DNA of 64,000 bases, taken from the NCBI GenBank assembly GCA_038867615.1, contig JAWBYA010000002.1, positions 160,001 through 224,000 on the forward strand, written 5' to 3'. Positions within the stretch are counted from its first letter, which is position 1. Every line of letters begins with the position of its first letter. Positions 41,673 through 52,024 of this stretch are shown here, one piece after another. Under the pieces are notes generated by a model. That model was not told the origin of the DNA, did not search any database, and saw nothing but the letters and a program-made list of their open reading frames with translations. This stretch comes from Sulfolobales archaeon. GTDB lineage: Archaea; Thermoproteota; Thermoprotei_A; Sulfolobales; AG1. Both the position numbers and the translations under genes were made by a program.

Positions 41673-42437
41673 TCATGAGGCCCGGGATCTTCTCCCTCTA
41701 GCCCCTCCCCTCCTACTAGCCTTTCTCTTCTCATCCCCCTCTTCTTCCCTCTCTATCTGTTTCCTCCTTGCAAGCCCTACTGCTATGCTTGAGTATAGGT
41801 GTAGCTTCCAAGCCTCTATCCTATCACCATGCTCCTCAAGCACCTTCTTAGCAAGATCCCTGAGCTCCAAAGCCTCTTCAAGACTGAGCTCCTCCCTATC
41901 CAGGAGCTCTCTAACCCTCCCCCACCCCTCCTCGGTTGAGAAGGAGTCTGGCGAGAGCTCTATGATCTTCCTAACCACCCCTAAAGTGAGATCCCTCCCA
42001 CCCATAGCTATAAAACCCCCGCTGGCGAGGAGCTCGGCTAGGGATGCATAGTAGCTGGATAAACTATGCCCTAGATCCTCAACCTTCTTCCCAACAGAAT
42101 TAACACTAGATCTAAGATCCTTAGCCTCGGACACAAGACCATCTATCCTTGAATCATGGATCTTGGCAATGGTTCCGAGATTAGAGAGCCTTGATTCGAG
42201 AATATTTACCCTGGATTCGAAGCCATCCAAACCCGATCTTAGATCCTCAACCCCGGATCTGAGATCATAGACATCCTTACTAATACCACCAACGCTCGCC
42301 TCAAGACCACCAACCCTGGTCTCCATACTTTCAAGCCTACCCTCAAGAGCCGAGATCCTTCGCCAGAGAAGATAGCCAAGACCTGCCGAGGAGAATATGA
42401 AGACCGCTATGATCGATACTATAGATACCAGATCCAT
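41673..42437 (-). CDS. Membrane-anchored coiled-coil protein, paREP15-like
   Basis: N-terminal TM, heptad repeats, C-terminal ELLDREELSLEEALELRDLA...EAWKLHLY. Confidence 0.7.
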   Translation of the reverse strand: MDLVSIVSIIAVFIFSSAGLGYLLWRRISALEGRLESMETRVGGLEASVGGISKDVYDLRSGVEDLRSGLDGFESRVNILESRLSNLGTIAKIHDSRIDGLVSEAKDLRSSVNSVGKKVEDLGHSLSSYYASLAELLASGGFIAMGGRDLTLGVVRKIIELSPDSFSTEEGWGRVRELLDREELSLEEALELRDLAKKVLEEHGDRIEAWKLHLYSSIAVGLARRKQIEREEEGDEKRKASRRGGARGRRSRAS

Positions 42438-42730
42438 TAAACCATCATCTCAACATCACTTAAAAATCTCTATAACACACCTCAACATATATCCTTTTCG
42501 CCCAATTAAAGATCCCGGTGTAGGGAAGCATTACAAAAATATGGTAGCACTAAGAAACAAGGACTGAGGTGCTTCTTATCGATACTCATAGGAAAAATTC
42601 ATAAGCTTTGATCGATATTGTTTCTGGTGATGATTTGGTCTCCGTAGTGACTCTGGATGGCGATAGGAGCAAAGCTCTAAGCCATCCAGGGGATGATCTC
42701 CCAGTAGATAGGAGCCTCCTTCTGCTACGC

Positions 42731-43089
42731 TCAAGCGCACATAAACCTATGGGATCGATCTACTATAGAATTGAAATACCTAGCACCTAAAGCTAAGATC
42801 ATGTTGCTGAGCCTGGCTTCAAGTTCTCTGAGATCTTCTTTAGTAGCCATGATACTCCTCAAGCTGGAGAGCTCTTTTTCGAAACCCTTTTGGTAACAAT
42901 TGTATCCTTTATATCGGTGATCTCTGTTCTTAGGGCTTCTATGTCTTTCTTTGTAGCGAGCTCTCTCCATGGTGTTAGTTTTGTTATTGCTTCATATATG
43001 ATCTCTGGGTGTCTAAGGATGACTCTCTCTATCAGATCGATCCTCCTCTCCAGGATCCTCTCTATAGCCTCTTCTAGTCCCTCTACCAA
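42731..43089 (-). pseudogene. Frameshifted, truncated ATKED-repeat coiled-coil protein (paREP7/DUF3782-like)
   Basis: LTPWRELATKKDI in one frame continues as MATKEDLRELEARL...ALGAR in another; the C-terminal nuclease domain expected after ALGAR is not seen. Confidence 0.65.
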
Positions 43090-43110
43090 TACCCCTCCAC
43101 AATATCTATA

Positions 43111-44513
43111 TCACGGAGGATTATATCTAGGACTGATCTTTATAACATCTATGGTAACAGGCACCGTTTGTCCCTGGATATTCGTTGATATTGTTTGATG
43201 TTCTTTTATATCCAGGGACTTCAACCTCGCCCACAGGGATCTAGGTATCCCTGTGAGGTCATGGGCTGCCGTCGAGCCAAACGGCACGTGGCTCCCATCT
43301 AGGATTAGCCCTGGGTGGCTTGGAGCGCTGCTCCCATCACCACCCAGGGCTTTGAGTAACAGGTTATAGCATGCGGCGACATCTCTATGCCACTTCTCCT
43401 TGCCAGCAGAGCATACACCTATTCTTGAGCCATTATATTTTATTTCTGATCTATGTATTGGGCATTGTTTCGATGTATTCCTAGGATTAATATAGATTAC
43501 TGGTACACCATGCTCTTTAGCCTTCTCCTCAATGGCTCTCTGGATGCCTTTGAATGCTGCTTGGAAGATCCTGTGTCTTAATTGCTCATCTTTGATCCTA
43601 GAGATCATGTTCTCAGCGGGCTTATCGCCGAGATCCTCGAGGACAACTCCATATCCTTGTTTTAATACCTCTCTAACTATTATGTTCGCTATCTTCCACC
43701 TAGTATCCTCTTTCCTCTCTTCCTCCCTAAGCTTCCTCAAGATCTTCCTCTTAGCATGGCATTTAACATTGCAGATCTTATCGTATTTCTTCTGAATCCT
43801 CTTCCTCCTATAATAATAGCCGAGAGTGATTCTCTCGATATTTGTTTCTAGTAGATATGCTTTTCCGTCTAAAAGCACTGCTACGTTGTTCTCATTAACA
43901 TCCACAGCTATATAGTCATTAGGCTTGTATAGCCTAACATTCTTTCTAAAAATGAGATATATGATCAATCTTTTTTCTTTTCTATCAAGCTTTATCTTTG
44001 CCTCGGATGCTAGCTTCCAGCCAGAGTTGATATACCTATAGAACTGCTTGTGAGGAACTAGATCTACCTTGATCAATCCTCTATGCGTTGATATAGCTAT
44101 CCTTGTTAAGCCCTCAAGCCTCCATAGGTGGTCGTCAAGCCATATCGAGATCCTCCTAACACTTGGATACTCCTTATTCGTTGATCCCTCCTTCTTCAAT
44201 TTTAGAAAACTCTTAACCTTGTAGATGCATCCTGACAAGCCGTGTGAACATAGTGCGATGGTAAATGTGGGTAGAGGTTACGCATCTCCCTATATTTTAA
44301 AGCCCTAAGCTTTATGAAAGATGTTATCCCCTCCCTAGCAGAATATATCACTAGCTGTTCAACCATATTCCTATACATACCCTCAAGCTCAATGAAAATC
44401 CTGAATAGCTTTTTAGAAATCCTCTCAGACCTAACAATAACAGTCCTCGTAACAATCGAAGCATCCTCATCATTAGCAGCAAGCGCTAGAGGTGCTTGTG
44501 GGAAGCAGCCCAC
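43111..44513 (-). pseudogene. tnpB: TnpB RNA-guided nuclease split by a 1-nt frameshift near 44215
   Basis: Upstream part LPSHYVHTACQDASTR; downstream part VKSFLK...IAVDVNEN, VLEDL, TSKQCPIH, HRDVAACYNL; RuvC D-E-D intact. Confidence 0.88.
43164..43350 (-). ncRNA. Putative omega-RNA overlapping the tnpB 3' end
   Basis: Stems GCCCTGGGTGG/CCACCCAGGGC, CACAGGGAT/ATCCCTGTG and GTCCCTGGATAT/ATATCCAGGGAC; CCGTTTG/CAAACGG pseudoknot potential. Confidence 0.7.
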
Positions 44514-44534
44514 CAGGATATGTTTGGTGAGGAC

Positions 44535-44550
44535 CTTATAAACTTTTCCC
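44535..44550 (-). promoter_or_regulatory. BRE/TATA promoter of tnpB inside the inner left-end repeat
   Basis: GGGAAAAGTTTATAAGG about 25 nt upstream of the GTG at 44513 (leaderless geometry); TTTATA is conserved in the mini-element at 31743-31748. Confidence 0.6.
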
Positions 44551-44685
44551 TATAGCATCGATAGAGAAACAGCCCATTAGATATACTGCCTCTAATACCC
44601 ACAAAAATTTCAAAAACCTATCAATTACCCCTATGGATATCAAAAAGAAACAGCCTACAGGTATTGTGGAAAGTATATTAGGGGT

Positions 44686-46221
44686 TTGTGCACACCGAAA
44701 TATGGGGTGTGTTTACCAGCTTTGGGTGATAGAAGAGGTAGCAGCGCCGACAAAGCCTACGAGGTCAGATCGCCTCTGAGCAAGAGTTATAAGGGTTTGA
44801 TGATAGCCTCGAGGATCAGGATAACTCTACTTGACGCTAACAACGTATTAAACAGGCTAGCAGACCATGCCGGCTCCATACTGGCTGAGAGTGAGGCTAG
44901 CGATGAGGGGGTAAGGATCTTCAGAGCATCTCTAGACACTCCAAGGCTTGAGGATATAGATCTTGAGGCGGCCTCTGCATACGCGCTGGCTAGGTTTCTA
45001 TCAACAGTAGCCCCGCTAGCCATAAGGGAGGTTGATGAAGAAGGCTTCGGTGTCGCCCTAGCCTTTGTAGATGCTTCTGAGGAAGAGCCCAGGATAATAG
45101 CCCTCGGCATTGGTTCTAATAAATGCCAGCACGACTGCTCCAGAATAATTGTTAGAAGCGTTATCGCTGTGATAACCCAGAAGAGCTTTGAGAATAAGGA
45201 TGAGAAGAGGAGAATACTGATCGAGAGTGTCAATAAGGTTCACAAGATACTCAACACAAGCACTGTGATTAACTTCCTAGACGGGCTTGGATACCAGAGC
45301 TACGAGATAGTTAGAATGCCCATAGCGATCTATATAGTCACAAGCGAGAGGGGCGAGAGTGAGGGAGCCGAGGTTGTTATCAGGGAGGGTATGGAGACCT
45401 TCGTTGTAAAGCTACCAACAAGATCTCCTGAGTGGAGCCTATCAATGTTCCCCAAGAACCTAGTCTCAGATCTAGAGACAATGATTATAAAGCCCATAAA
45501 GATGGGCTATAGCTTCGCACCCAAGGGCGTGATACTCATGGGACCCCCGGGCGTTGGTAAGAGCGTTCTAGCCGAGGCCATAGCCCAGTCCCTTGGAAAG
45601 AAGGTGGTAGATCTAAAGCCATCGGTCTATAGATCTATGTGGTACGGTATGACAGAAAAGATCCTCGACAGGATCTTGAGGAGCATAATGAAGAGAACAG
45701 ACATAACCCTGGTTATAGACGATGCAGAGTTCCTCCTAAGCAGAACAATGGCTGTGCATGAAGTCCATATAAGCGAGATCTCACAGATCCTTAACTTCCT
45801 CCAGAGAAGCACAAGACCACTAACAATACTAACATCAAACACACCAACACTCATAGACCCAGCAATACTGAGACCCGGGAGAATAGATGTCGCAGTAGTC
45901 ATAGGCTATCCAGACAGAGAGGCTAGGAAAACAATAGTGGAGAACCTATTGAAGAAATACAACGCACCAAGAGACGAGAAGATCGTGGAGGAGATAGTGA
46001 GGGCAACAAGATGGATGAGCAACGCCGAGATAGACGCCCTCATAAGAATGGCTCTATCCAAAGGAGAGGGCAAGATAACACAGGAGACTATAGACTGGGC
46101 TAGAAAGAGATTCAGAATAGACCATAACGTCAGAGCCTCGGAACACCAGTTCCTAAGATGGAGCATATCTCATATGCCAGGCCTGGTAATATCCTACATA
46201 CCCCAGGACCACGAGATCTAG
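44686..46221 (+). CDS. AAA+ ATPase with uncharacterised N-terminal region
   Basis: GPPGVGKS, LVIDDAE, TSNTPTLIDPAILRPGRID; start uncertain. Confidence 0.88.
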   Translation: MCTPKYGVCLPALGDRRGSSADKAYEVRSPLSKSYKGLMIASRIRITLLDANNVLNRLADHAGSILAESEASDEGVRIFRASLDTPRLEDIDLEAASAYALARFLSTVAPLAIREVDEEGFGVALAFVDASEEEPRIIALGIGSNKCQHDCSRIIVRSVIAVITQKSFENKDEKRRILIESVNKVHKILNTSTVINFLDGLGYQSYEIVRMPIAIYIVTSERGESEGAEVVIREGMETFVVKLPTRSPEWSLSMFPKNLVSDLETMIIKPIKMGYSFAPKGVILMGPPGVGKSVLAEAIAQSLGKKVVDLKPSVYRSMWYGMTEKILDRILRSIMKRTDITLVIDDAEFLLSRTMAVHEVHISEISQILNFLQRSTRPLTILTSNTPTLIDPAILRPGRIDVAVVIGYPDREARKTIVENLLKKYNAPRDEKIVEEIVRATRWMSNAEIDALIRMALSKGEGKITQETIDWARKRFRIDHNVRASEHQFLRWSISHMPGLVISYIPQDHEI

Positions 46222-46395
46222 ATAGGAGTTCATTTGTCCAAGCTTCACTGTTGTAGGGCATATTATCTCGGCCTCTTTTAACCCGCTCTTCCCAATAAAG
46301 CAAAGATCCTGCTATGTAGACCAGTATCAGATCATCTGGGACTATATAAGTTAATGCAGAGTGTTTTTTACCCCCTCCCGTATTATTAATTATAT

Positions 46396-46462
46396 GGGGC
46401 CCGGACCCAGGGAACCCCACCCCCGATGACGTTCACACATAGGTTGCCTGGGGCTGGGCCCC
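46396..46462 (+). ncRNA. Candidate GC-rich stem-loop small RNA
   Basis: GGGGCCCGG/CTGGGCCCC, CCCAGG/CCTGGG and AACC/GGTT stems in AT-rich intergenic DNA; loop contains CGATGA; TTTTTA about 26 nt upstream. Confidence 0.5.
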
Positions 46463-46531
46463 GCTGTGTAATGTTATTCAGCTTTGGTTTTTCATGCTTT
46501 TATTACTACGAGGTGTTTTTAAATATAGGTT

Positions 46532-47623
46532 TTGTTTTTGAACACCTGCCCCAAGAGGATGATCAACGGGCCATGTGGTGGTTATAGAGATACCGTGTGT
46601 GAGGATGAGAAGCTAACCTGTGTCTGGATCATGGCTTACTATACGGCTATTAAGAGGGGGACTGTTGATAGGATGTTCACACTCAAGCTAGACTCTGGTT
46701 TTAAGATCAATAACTACTATCCAGCGCCCAGAAGACCTCGCGGGGCTGTTGAGAAGATCCTTGGTGGGAGGGTTTTTATGGTGTATGAGTATACGCCCAA
46801 GCCTTATTCAAGCCCCCTCAATATACCCAGCGAGCTTAGTGGTATAGCCTCTATATATGATGGTGTCGATTTTGTCGATAATCCCGGGGGCTATCCTATC
46901 CCGAGCTCTCTACCATATGCATCTATGGCTAAGAATAGCTATAGGGATATGCATGTGAGCATACAGCTTACTGCTAGAAATAGGGATAGGAGCCAGATAG
47001 CCTCAGAGATCCTTGCAGCATCCCTCAGCGGGGTAGACGCTATTGTAGCAACGACAGGGGATCTCGAGGATAGTGGCAAGGGCGTCTGGGATCTAGATGC
47101 TCCGAGGATAATCTATCTAGCAAGACTCATACTAGACCTCGGTCTAGACCATATGGGCAGAAGGGTTGGCTTAGGCGGTGAGGGGATGGCAATAGCATGC
47201 TCGGTTAATATAAACGCACGCCCCCTAGAGCCAGAGATCCTCAAGCTAAGGGTTAAGAAGAGGGCTGGAGCCGAGATCGTTATAACACAGCCTGTATTTG
47301 ATTCAGAGATCCTTGGGAGGTTTAGGAGAATGACCAAGGATCTCTTGGGGGAGGAGATGCCAATGATCCTAGGGATCATACCTATAATGAGTAGAAAGAT
47401 AGCAAGCTTCTTCCAAAACAAGGTTGGGATAAAGATCCCGGAGAAGATATCTAAGATCCTCTCAAGCGAGAGGATCGATAAAGAGGAGCTTCTCAAAACA
47501 AACATAGAGGTTATAGAAAACATTGCAAGAGAAGTAGCACATAACGCCTTCTACATATCAGCCTTCGGAGACCATAAACTGGGCTACGAGATAGGACGCA
47601 CAATCAGGAAAGCACTATCTTAA
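46532..47623 (+). CDS. metF: Methylenetetrahydrofolate reductase with N-terminal MetV-like Cys domain
   Basis: CPKRMINGPCGG...CVW, QLTARNRDR, TGD, KKRAGAEIVITQPVFD. Confidence 0.85.
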   Translation: MFLNTCPKRMINGPCGGYRDTVCEDEKLTCVWIMAYYTAIKRGTVDRMFTLKLDSGFKINNYYPAPRRPRGAVEKILGGRVFMVYEYTPKPYSSPLNIPSELSGIASIYDGVDFVDNPGGYPIPSSLPYASMAKNSYRDMHVSIQLTARNRDRSQIASEILAASLSGVDAIVATTGDLEDSGKGVWDLDAPRIIYLARLILDLGLDHMGRRVGLGGEGMAIACSVNINARPLEPEILKLRVKKRAGAEIVITQPVFDSEILGRFRRMTKDLLGEEMPMILGIIPIMSRKIASFFQNKVGIKIPEKISKILSSERIDKEELLKTNIEVIENIAREVAHNAFYISAFGDHKLGYEIGRTIRKALS

Positions 47624-47686
47624 TATAAAGCCTATGAGAGCTTTCCAGTTCTATGAAAACACCAAAGGGTTAATATACCAGGAGAT

Positions 47687-48181
47687 CTAGGATTGTGCTC
47701 GTTCCCCTATGTATTGATCCAGATCTTTGGTTCCGAGAACCTCTGCATGTAGGTATTTAAGCGACACGGCTTTTGAGAGGGCCTCGTCGTCTAGCTTGTA
47801 GTTACCGCTCTTTGTTTTCTTCAGCATCTCTAGAGGGACTAGTTTCCAGCCTCCCGTCGAGCCTATGATCTTTACTGCTATATATCCCTTCCCGCCAGAT
47901 CTTTTTATGAATTCCACTAGCTTTTCAACCTGCTCCTTCTCTATATATATAGGCTCCTCCTTGATCCTTGTTTTCACCTCAAACACATAGATCTTCCCCG
48001 ATCTTATTGCCACTAGGTCTGGGTAGAGGAGTCTCTTAGCCTTAGCACCACTAGCAGGTGCCCTGACCACTGCGAAACCCATTTCCCATAGCCTTAACGC
48101 TAGATCCCTCTCCTGCTGAACCCCAGCCCTACCCCTTCTAGGAGCCTTACCCACCCTCCCCTCCAAGACCCTACTCCTCAA
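47687..48181 (-). CDS. hjc: Holliday junction resolvase Hjc
   Basis: ERDLALRLWEMGFAVVRAPASG, PDLVA, FEVKT. Confidence 0.93.
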   Translation of the reverse strand: MRSRVLEGRVGKAPRRGRAGVQQERDLALRLWEMGFAVVRAPASGAKAKRLLYPDLVAIRSGKIYVFEVKTRIKEEPIYIEKEQVEKLVEFIKRSGGKGYIAVKIIGSTGGWKLVPLEMLKKTKSGNYKLDDEALSKAVSLKYLHAEVLGTKDLDQYIGERAQS

Positions 48182-49733
48182 TCCTTAGTTTAACGTTAAC
48201 CCCATACTGCTTCTCAATCTTCCTCTTAACCTTAACAAACTTCTTACCAATATCAACAACATTATCCCTGCTAACACTCACCCAGAGCGTATCTCCCTCG
48301 AGAGAGACGCCGGCGCCTGGCAATAGTCTCTCAACCTCGCCCAGGATCCTTGCCTCGACAGAGCCGGCATGACCCCTAGCCGAGGGTCTAAGCCTCTTCA
48401 CAGGGACTACTATTGTTTGCTCGCCGAATGTGTAGATCTCGTACTCAAGCTCCCCGCTCAGGAAATCCCTAACCTCTACCACGGGTCTAGCAAGCTCCGC
48501 CTCTCTAAGGCCTGTTGGCAGCTTCACAGTCATCCCGACCTCGTAGACCTTCTCAACATTACCCCTGTTTATATAGATCACTGTATCTACTATGCTTGGG
48601 ATCATCCCCAGATCGACTCTCCTCAAGAGCCTCTGCACAGCATCTATAGGCGATGCAGCATGGACAACACCAACCATGCCTATACCAGCTAGTCTGAGGT
48701 CTATGTATAGATTGAAATCAGGATCATCCCTCATCTCGTCAAAGAACGTATAGTCAGGCCTGCTTAGAAGCAGTATATCGTGCAGCTCCTCAGCACTAGC
48801 ATATACTTTAGAGTACTGGGAAGCCTCTCTAGGAAGCCTCATATCCCTCGGACTCTCTATAGTCTTAACAACCCTCCCCATCCTCATATAATACTCAGCA
48901 AGAGCCTGTGCAAATGTCGTCTTACCCATCCCTGGAGAACCTGCTATCAATATACCCTCAGCCCTCTCTGTAAGCCTTCTCAAGAGCTTCTCAGGGAGCC
49001 TATAATCCTCAAGCCTAGGCCTCGCTATAGGTCTCGTAACCGTGATCTCATAGCCATCCCCAAGCGGGGGTCTCACAATAACCACTCTATAGTCGCCTAG
49101 CTGAACTATCGTTGATCCTCTCCTCTCGCTCTCAACAAAACCACCATCCCTAGGACTCTGGGCCATCTCAAGAATCTCCCTAGCTATCCTCTCAACCTCC
49201 TCCCTAGTCATAGGCTCCTCCCTAAGCCTTACGAAATACCAATTCCCAGGAGACCCCTTCTTAGCCCTCGGTGGAGCCCCTTCCTTGAGATGAACAGACA
49301 TCGTATCGCCATCGAAGAACGCCTCTATAGATAATCCTGAATGCTTCTTACTAACCTCGATCACATCGACACCCATAGCCCTCGAAGCAGACGCCTGGAT
49401 CGGGTCTGCTGTTATTATCTTCCCACCAACTTCGTAGGCATATCTCCTCACAACCTGATCAACCGTCTGGTCAAACCTAGCCCTCGGGTAATCAATAATT
49501 GCGAGCTCGATAGCGCCCTGATCCGAGAGCCTTCTAAGCCTAGAGATCTCGTCAAGCCCTGCAGAAGCTATAGTACTCCCCTCCCTAGCAAGTCTGGCAA
49601 GCTCCTCAACAACCGGGATTATAACGTGGATCTTACCCCCTATCCTCCCCTCCTCGACAAGCCTGGATACGCCTTCCTCCATCAGGGCTGAGAGGTCAGC
49701 CACATAGATCTCTTCAAAAGCGGTTCTAGCCAT
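48171..49733 (-). CDS. PIN-domain ATPase PINA (PIN + ATPase + KH-like)
   Basis: TMSVHLKEG, GSPGMGKTTFAQA, TIESPRD, FDEMR, GVVHA; adjacent to hjc. Confidence 0.92.
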   Translation of the reverse strand: MARTAFEEIYVADLSALMEEGVSRLVEEGRIGGKIHVIIPVVEELARLAREGSTIASAGLDEISRLRRLSDQGAIELAIIDYPRARFDQTVDQVVRRYAYEVGGKIITADPIQASASRAMGVDVIEVSKKHSGLSIEAFFDGDTMSVHLKEGAPPRAKKGSPGNWYFVRLREEPMTREEVERIAREILEMAQSPRDGGFVESERRGSTIVQLGDYRVVIVRPPLGDGYEITVTRPIARPRLEDYRLPEKLLRRLTERAEGILIAGSPGMGKTTFAQALAEYYMRMGRVVKTIESPRDMRLPREASQYSKVYASAEELHDILLLSRPDYTFFDEMRDDPDFNLYIDLRLAGIGMVGVVHAASPIDAVQRLLRRVDLGMIPSIVDTVIYINRGNVEKVYEVGMTVKLPTGLREAELARPVVEVRDFLSGELEYEIYTFGEQTIVVPVKRLRPSARGHAGSVEARILGEVERLLPGAGVSLEGDTLWVSVSRDNVVDIGKKFVKVKRKIEKQYGVNVKLRIEE

Positions 49734-49951
49734 ACAACACCATTCTCTATAGAATCTACGTTAAATAGGTTAATAGGGATACAAACACCAATAAGAAATA
49801 TGGAATAAACAGGGATCTACGTTAGAAAGACCTTACAATAACGCCACAGATCGAGAATCTATCCTAGAAGATCTTCTAGCATGGGGCGAAAAATAATGCA
49901 ACAGCTACTCACCATAGTGTGAAAGCGATCCCGGGATCCTCGCTAATCGTT

Positions 49952-50329
49952 CTAAGAACTCGACGCCTCAACAGCCTCTTCACCAGTTTTTCCCATTAAG
50001 CCAGCGTTACCGTGGATCTCAGTACCGCTATCACTAACCCCAACGCTCTTCTCAACGAGATCCTCTAGAGAGCCTCCATCCATGAGGACCCTGAGAACCT
50101 TTCTCCCCAGGTCTGATAATGTGTATAGTTTATAGTTATTCCTACTATGCACAATGCTCACAATCCCGAGGGCTTCTAGGGTGTGGAATGCGCCGAGCAC
50201 CTCGTATCTAGGCAGCCCTGTCTTTAGGACAACATCTGAAGGGGCTAGGATATTCCCATCGAGGTGGGATAATATAGATACAAGCTTGGCTCTAGGATCC
50301 ATTTCAACACCGAATCCCTTATCAAGCAT
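49952..50329 (-). CDS. Winged-helix DNA-binding protein
   Basis: PSDVVLKTGLPRYEVLGAFHTLEALGIV...YTLSDLG. Confidence 0.75.
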   Translation of the reverse strand: MLDKGFGVEMDPRAKLVSILSHLDGNILAPSDVVLKTGLPRYEVLGAFHTLEALGIVSIVHSRNNYKLYTLSDLGRKVLRVLMDGGSLEDLVEKSVGVSDSGTEIHGNAGLMGKTGEEAVEASSS

Positions 50330-50440
50330 GGCAAGGCTTAAAAGCTATACCACTAATAAAGCGGGGCAGAAGCATCTATAAGACCTAATATGCATCCAAT
50401 AGGGTTAGGGCTTGATATGACTGGACGCCTTATCGAGATC

Positions 50441-52024
50441 TTATCCACCTGTTTCCTCAGACCCCCAGCCACCGCCTCCCGGCGTCTCTACCACCACCTC
50501 ATCCCCAGCCTCCAGATCTATTGTGAACTTACCTGGCATGATGAGCTCTCTACCATCCCTCTTCCTTATAGTGATCCTGCCAGGCTTGCCAGGCTCGCCT
50601 CCCCAGAGACCCCATGGCGCTCTCTCGATCCTCTCCGCCATTATTGAGAGCCTTGCTGGGCTGAGGAGCTTGAAAGCCCTTATAATACCATCCCCACCCC
50701 TGTATTTCCCCTTCCCACCGCTATTCTCCCTGATCATATATGCCGTGTAGATCACGGGATACGCTCTCTCAGCAACCTCTATGGGAGTATTTAGAGTGTT
50801 TGTCATATTAACATGAACGCCCGAGACACCGTGCTTCCCAGGCCTCCCCCCAGTACCCCCGCCTATAGTCTCATAATAAGCCCAATACCCTTTAGAAGGA
50901 TCATTACCCCCCATCATTACATTAAACATAGTCCCAGAACCTGCCGCAGGAACCCTCTCAGGTACCGCTATTGAGAGGGCTTTGAGAACAGTGTCAGCTA
51001 TTCTCTGTGATGTCTCAACATTACCTCCAGAGACTGGGGCTGGTTTTACAGGGTTCACGAGACTCCCCTCAGGAGCCCTAACCTCGACGAGGCTGTAGAA
51101 ACCCTCGTTAACAGGGATCTCGCCCTCCATTATACTCCTCACAGAGAATACCGTGGCTGCATATGTCACCCCATATACAGCGTTATATGGAGCCTCGATC
51201 TGCTTGCTAGTCCCTGTGAAATCAGCCTCTACACCGCTATCGCTTATCACAAACCTCACTCTTATCACTGGATCGTTATCTCCTTGCCCAAGCTCCAAGC
51301 GATCCTCAGCCTCGAAAGACCCTCTTCTCCAGCTAGAGATCTTCTTAAGAGCCATCTCCCTACCATGCTCAATAGCCCTTTCCCAAGCATCCTCAACAGT
51401 AGTGACGCCGTATTTCTCTATAAGCTCCAAGACCCTCTTAACACCGACGATGTTGGCCGCTATCTGGGCTTTCGTATCGCCCTCAGTAACCTTAGGGGTC
51501 TTTGTGTTAGACACGATCATGCTTAGGGTCTCGTTATCAATAGATCCTCCCTTAACAATCCTAACCGGGGGTATTATGAAGCCCTCCTCATATATAGTCC
51601 TTGCAAGAGGGTTCATACTACCTGGTACAGGGCCTCCCACATCGACCTGGTGGGCTTTGTTGATAACATAGCCCATAATACCCCCTCTATAATATATCGG
51701 GGCGATCACTGTAACATCGTTTAGATGAGTCCCAGATATATATGGATCGTTGAAAATTATCATATCACCCTCGCCCATATAGATCTTACCCTCGTTTAGA
51801 AGCCTCATAATATTCCTAACACAAACCCTGAAAGACCCTAGATGGACCGGTATATGCTCAGCCTGGGCTACTATCAAGCCATCCCTGTTAACTATAGCAC
51901 AGCTATGATCCATCCTCTCCCTTATATTCGGTGAGAAAGCAGATCTCTTTAGAGCAACACCCATCTCCTCAGCTATATATACAGTGGCTTTATAGATAAC
52001 CTCCCAGGATACCATATACATCAC
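50441..52024 (-). CDS. Hydantoinase B / 5-oxoprolinase subunit
   Basis: [48 protein letters not shown]. Confidence 0.95.
   Translation of the reverse strand: MMYMVSWEVIYKATVYIAEEMGVALKRSAFSPNIRERMDHSCAIVNRDGLIVAQAEHIPVHLGSFRVCVRNIMRLLNEGKIYMGEGDMIIFNDPYISGTHLNDVTVIAPIYYRGGIMGYVINKAHQVDVGGPVPGSMNPLARTIYEEGFIIPPVRIVKGGSIDNETLSMIVSNTKTPKVTEGDTKAQIAANIVGVKRVLELIEKYGVTTVEDAWERAIEHGREMALKKISSWRRGSFEAEDRLELGQGDNDPVIRVRFVISDSGVEADFTGTSKQIEAPYNAVYGVTYAATVFSVRSIMEGEIPVNEGFYSLVEVRAPEGSLVNPVKPAPVSGGNVETSQRIADTVLKALSIAVPERVPAAGSGTMFNVMMGGNDPSKGYWAYYETIGGGTGGRPGKHGVSGVHVNMTNTLNTPIEVAERAYPVIYTAYMIRENSGGKGKYRGGDGIIRAFKLLSPARLSIMAERIERAPWGLWGGEPGKPGRITIRKRDGRELIMPGKFTIDLEAGDEVVVETPGGGGWGSEETGG

Larger units (their letters stand above)
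43164..44655 (-). mobile_element. tnpB-only insertion element with GG-bounded (IS607-like) ends
   Basis: Ends defined by homology with the 31.5-kb copy: starts GGCTGTTTC, ends GGACAAACGG; two tandem left-end repeats; no tnpA. Confidence 0.85.

Noticed and set aside
43111-44513. Nuclease-dead TnpB repressor (TldR) or programmed frameshift
   Set aside because: All three RuvC acidic residues are present and there is no clear slippery heptamer at the break; a 1-nt deletion or sequencing error is simpler.
44566-44577. Element left end at the inner GGGCTGTTTC repeat
   Set aside because: The mini-element carries both the outer and inner repeats, so the end is better placed at 44655.
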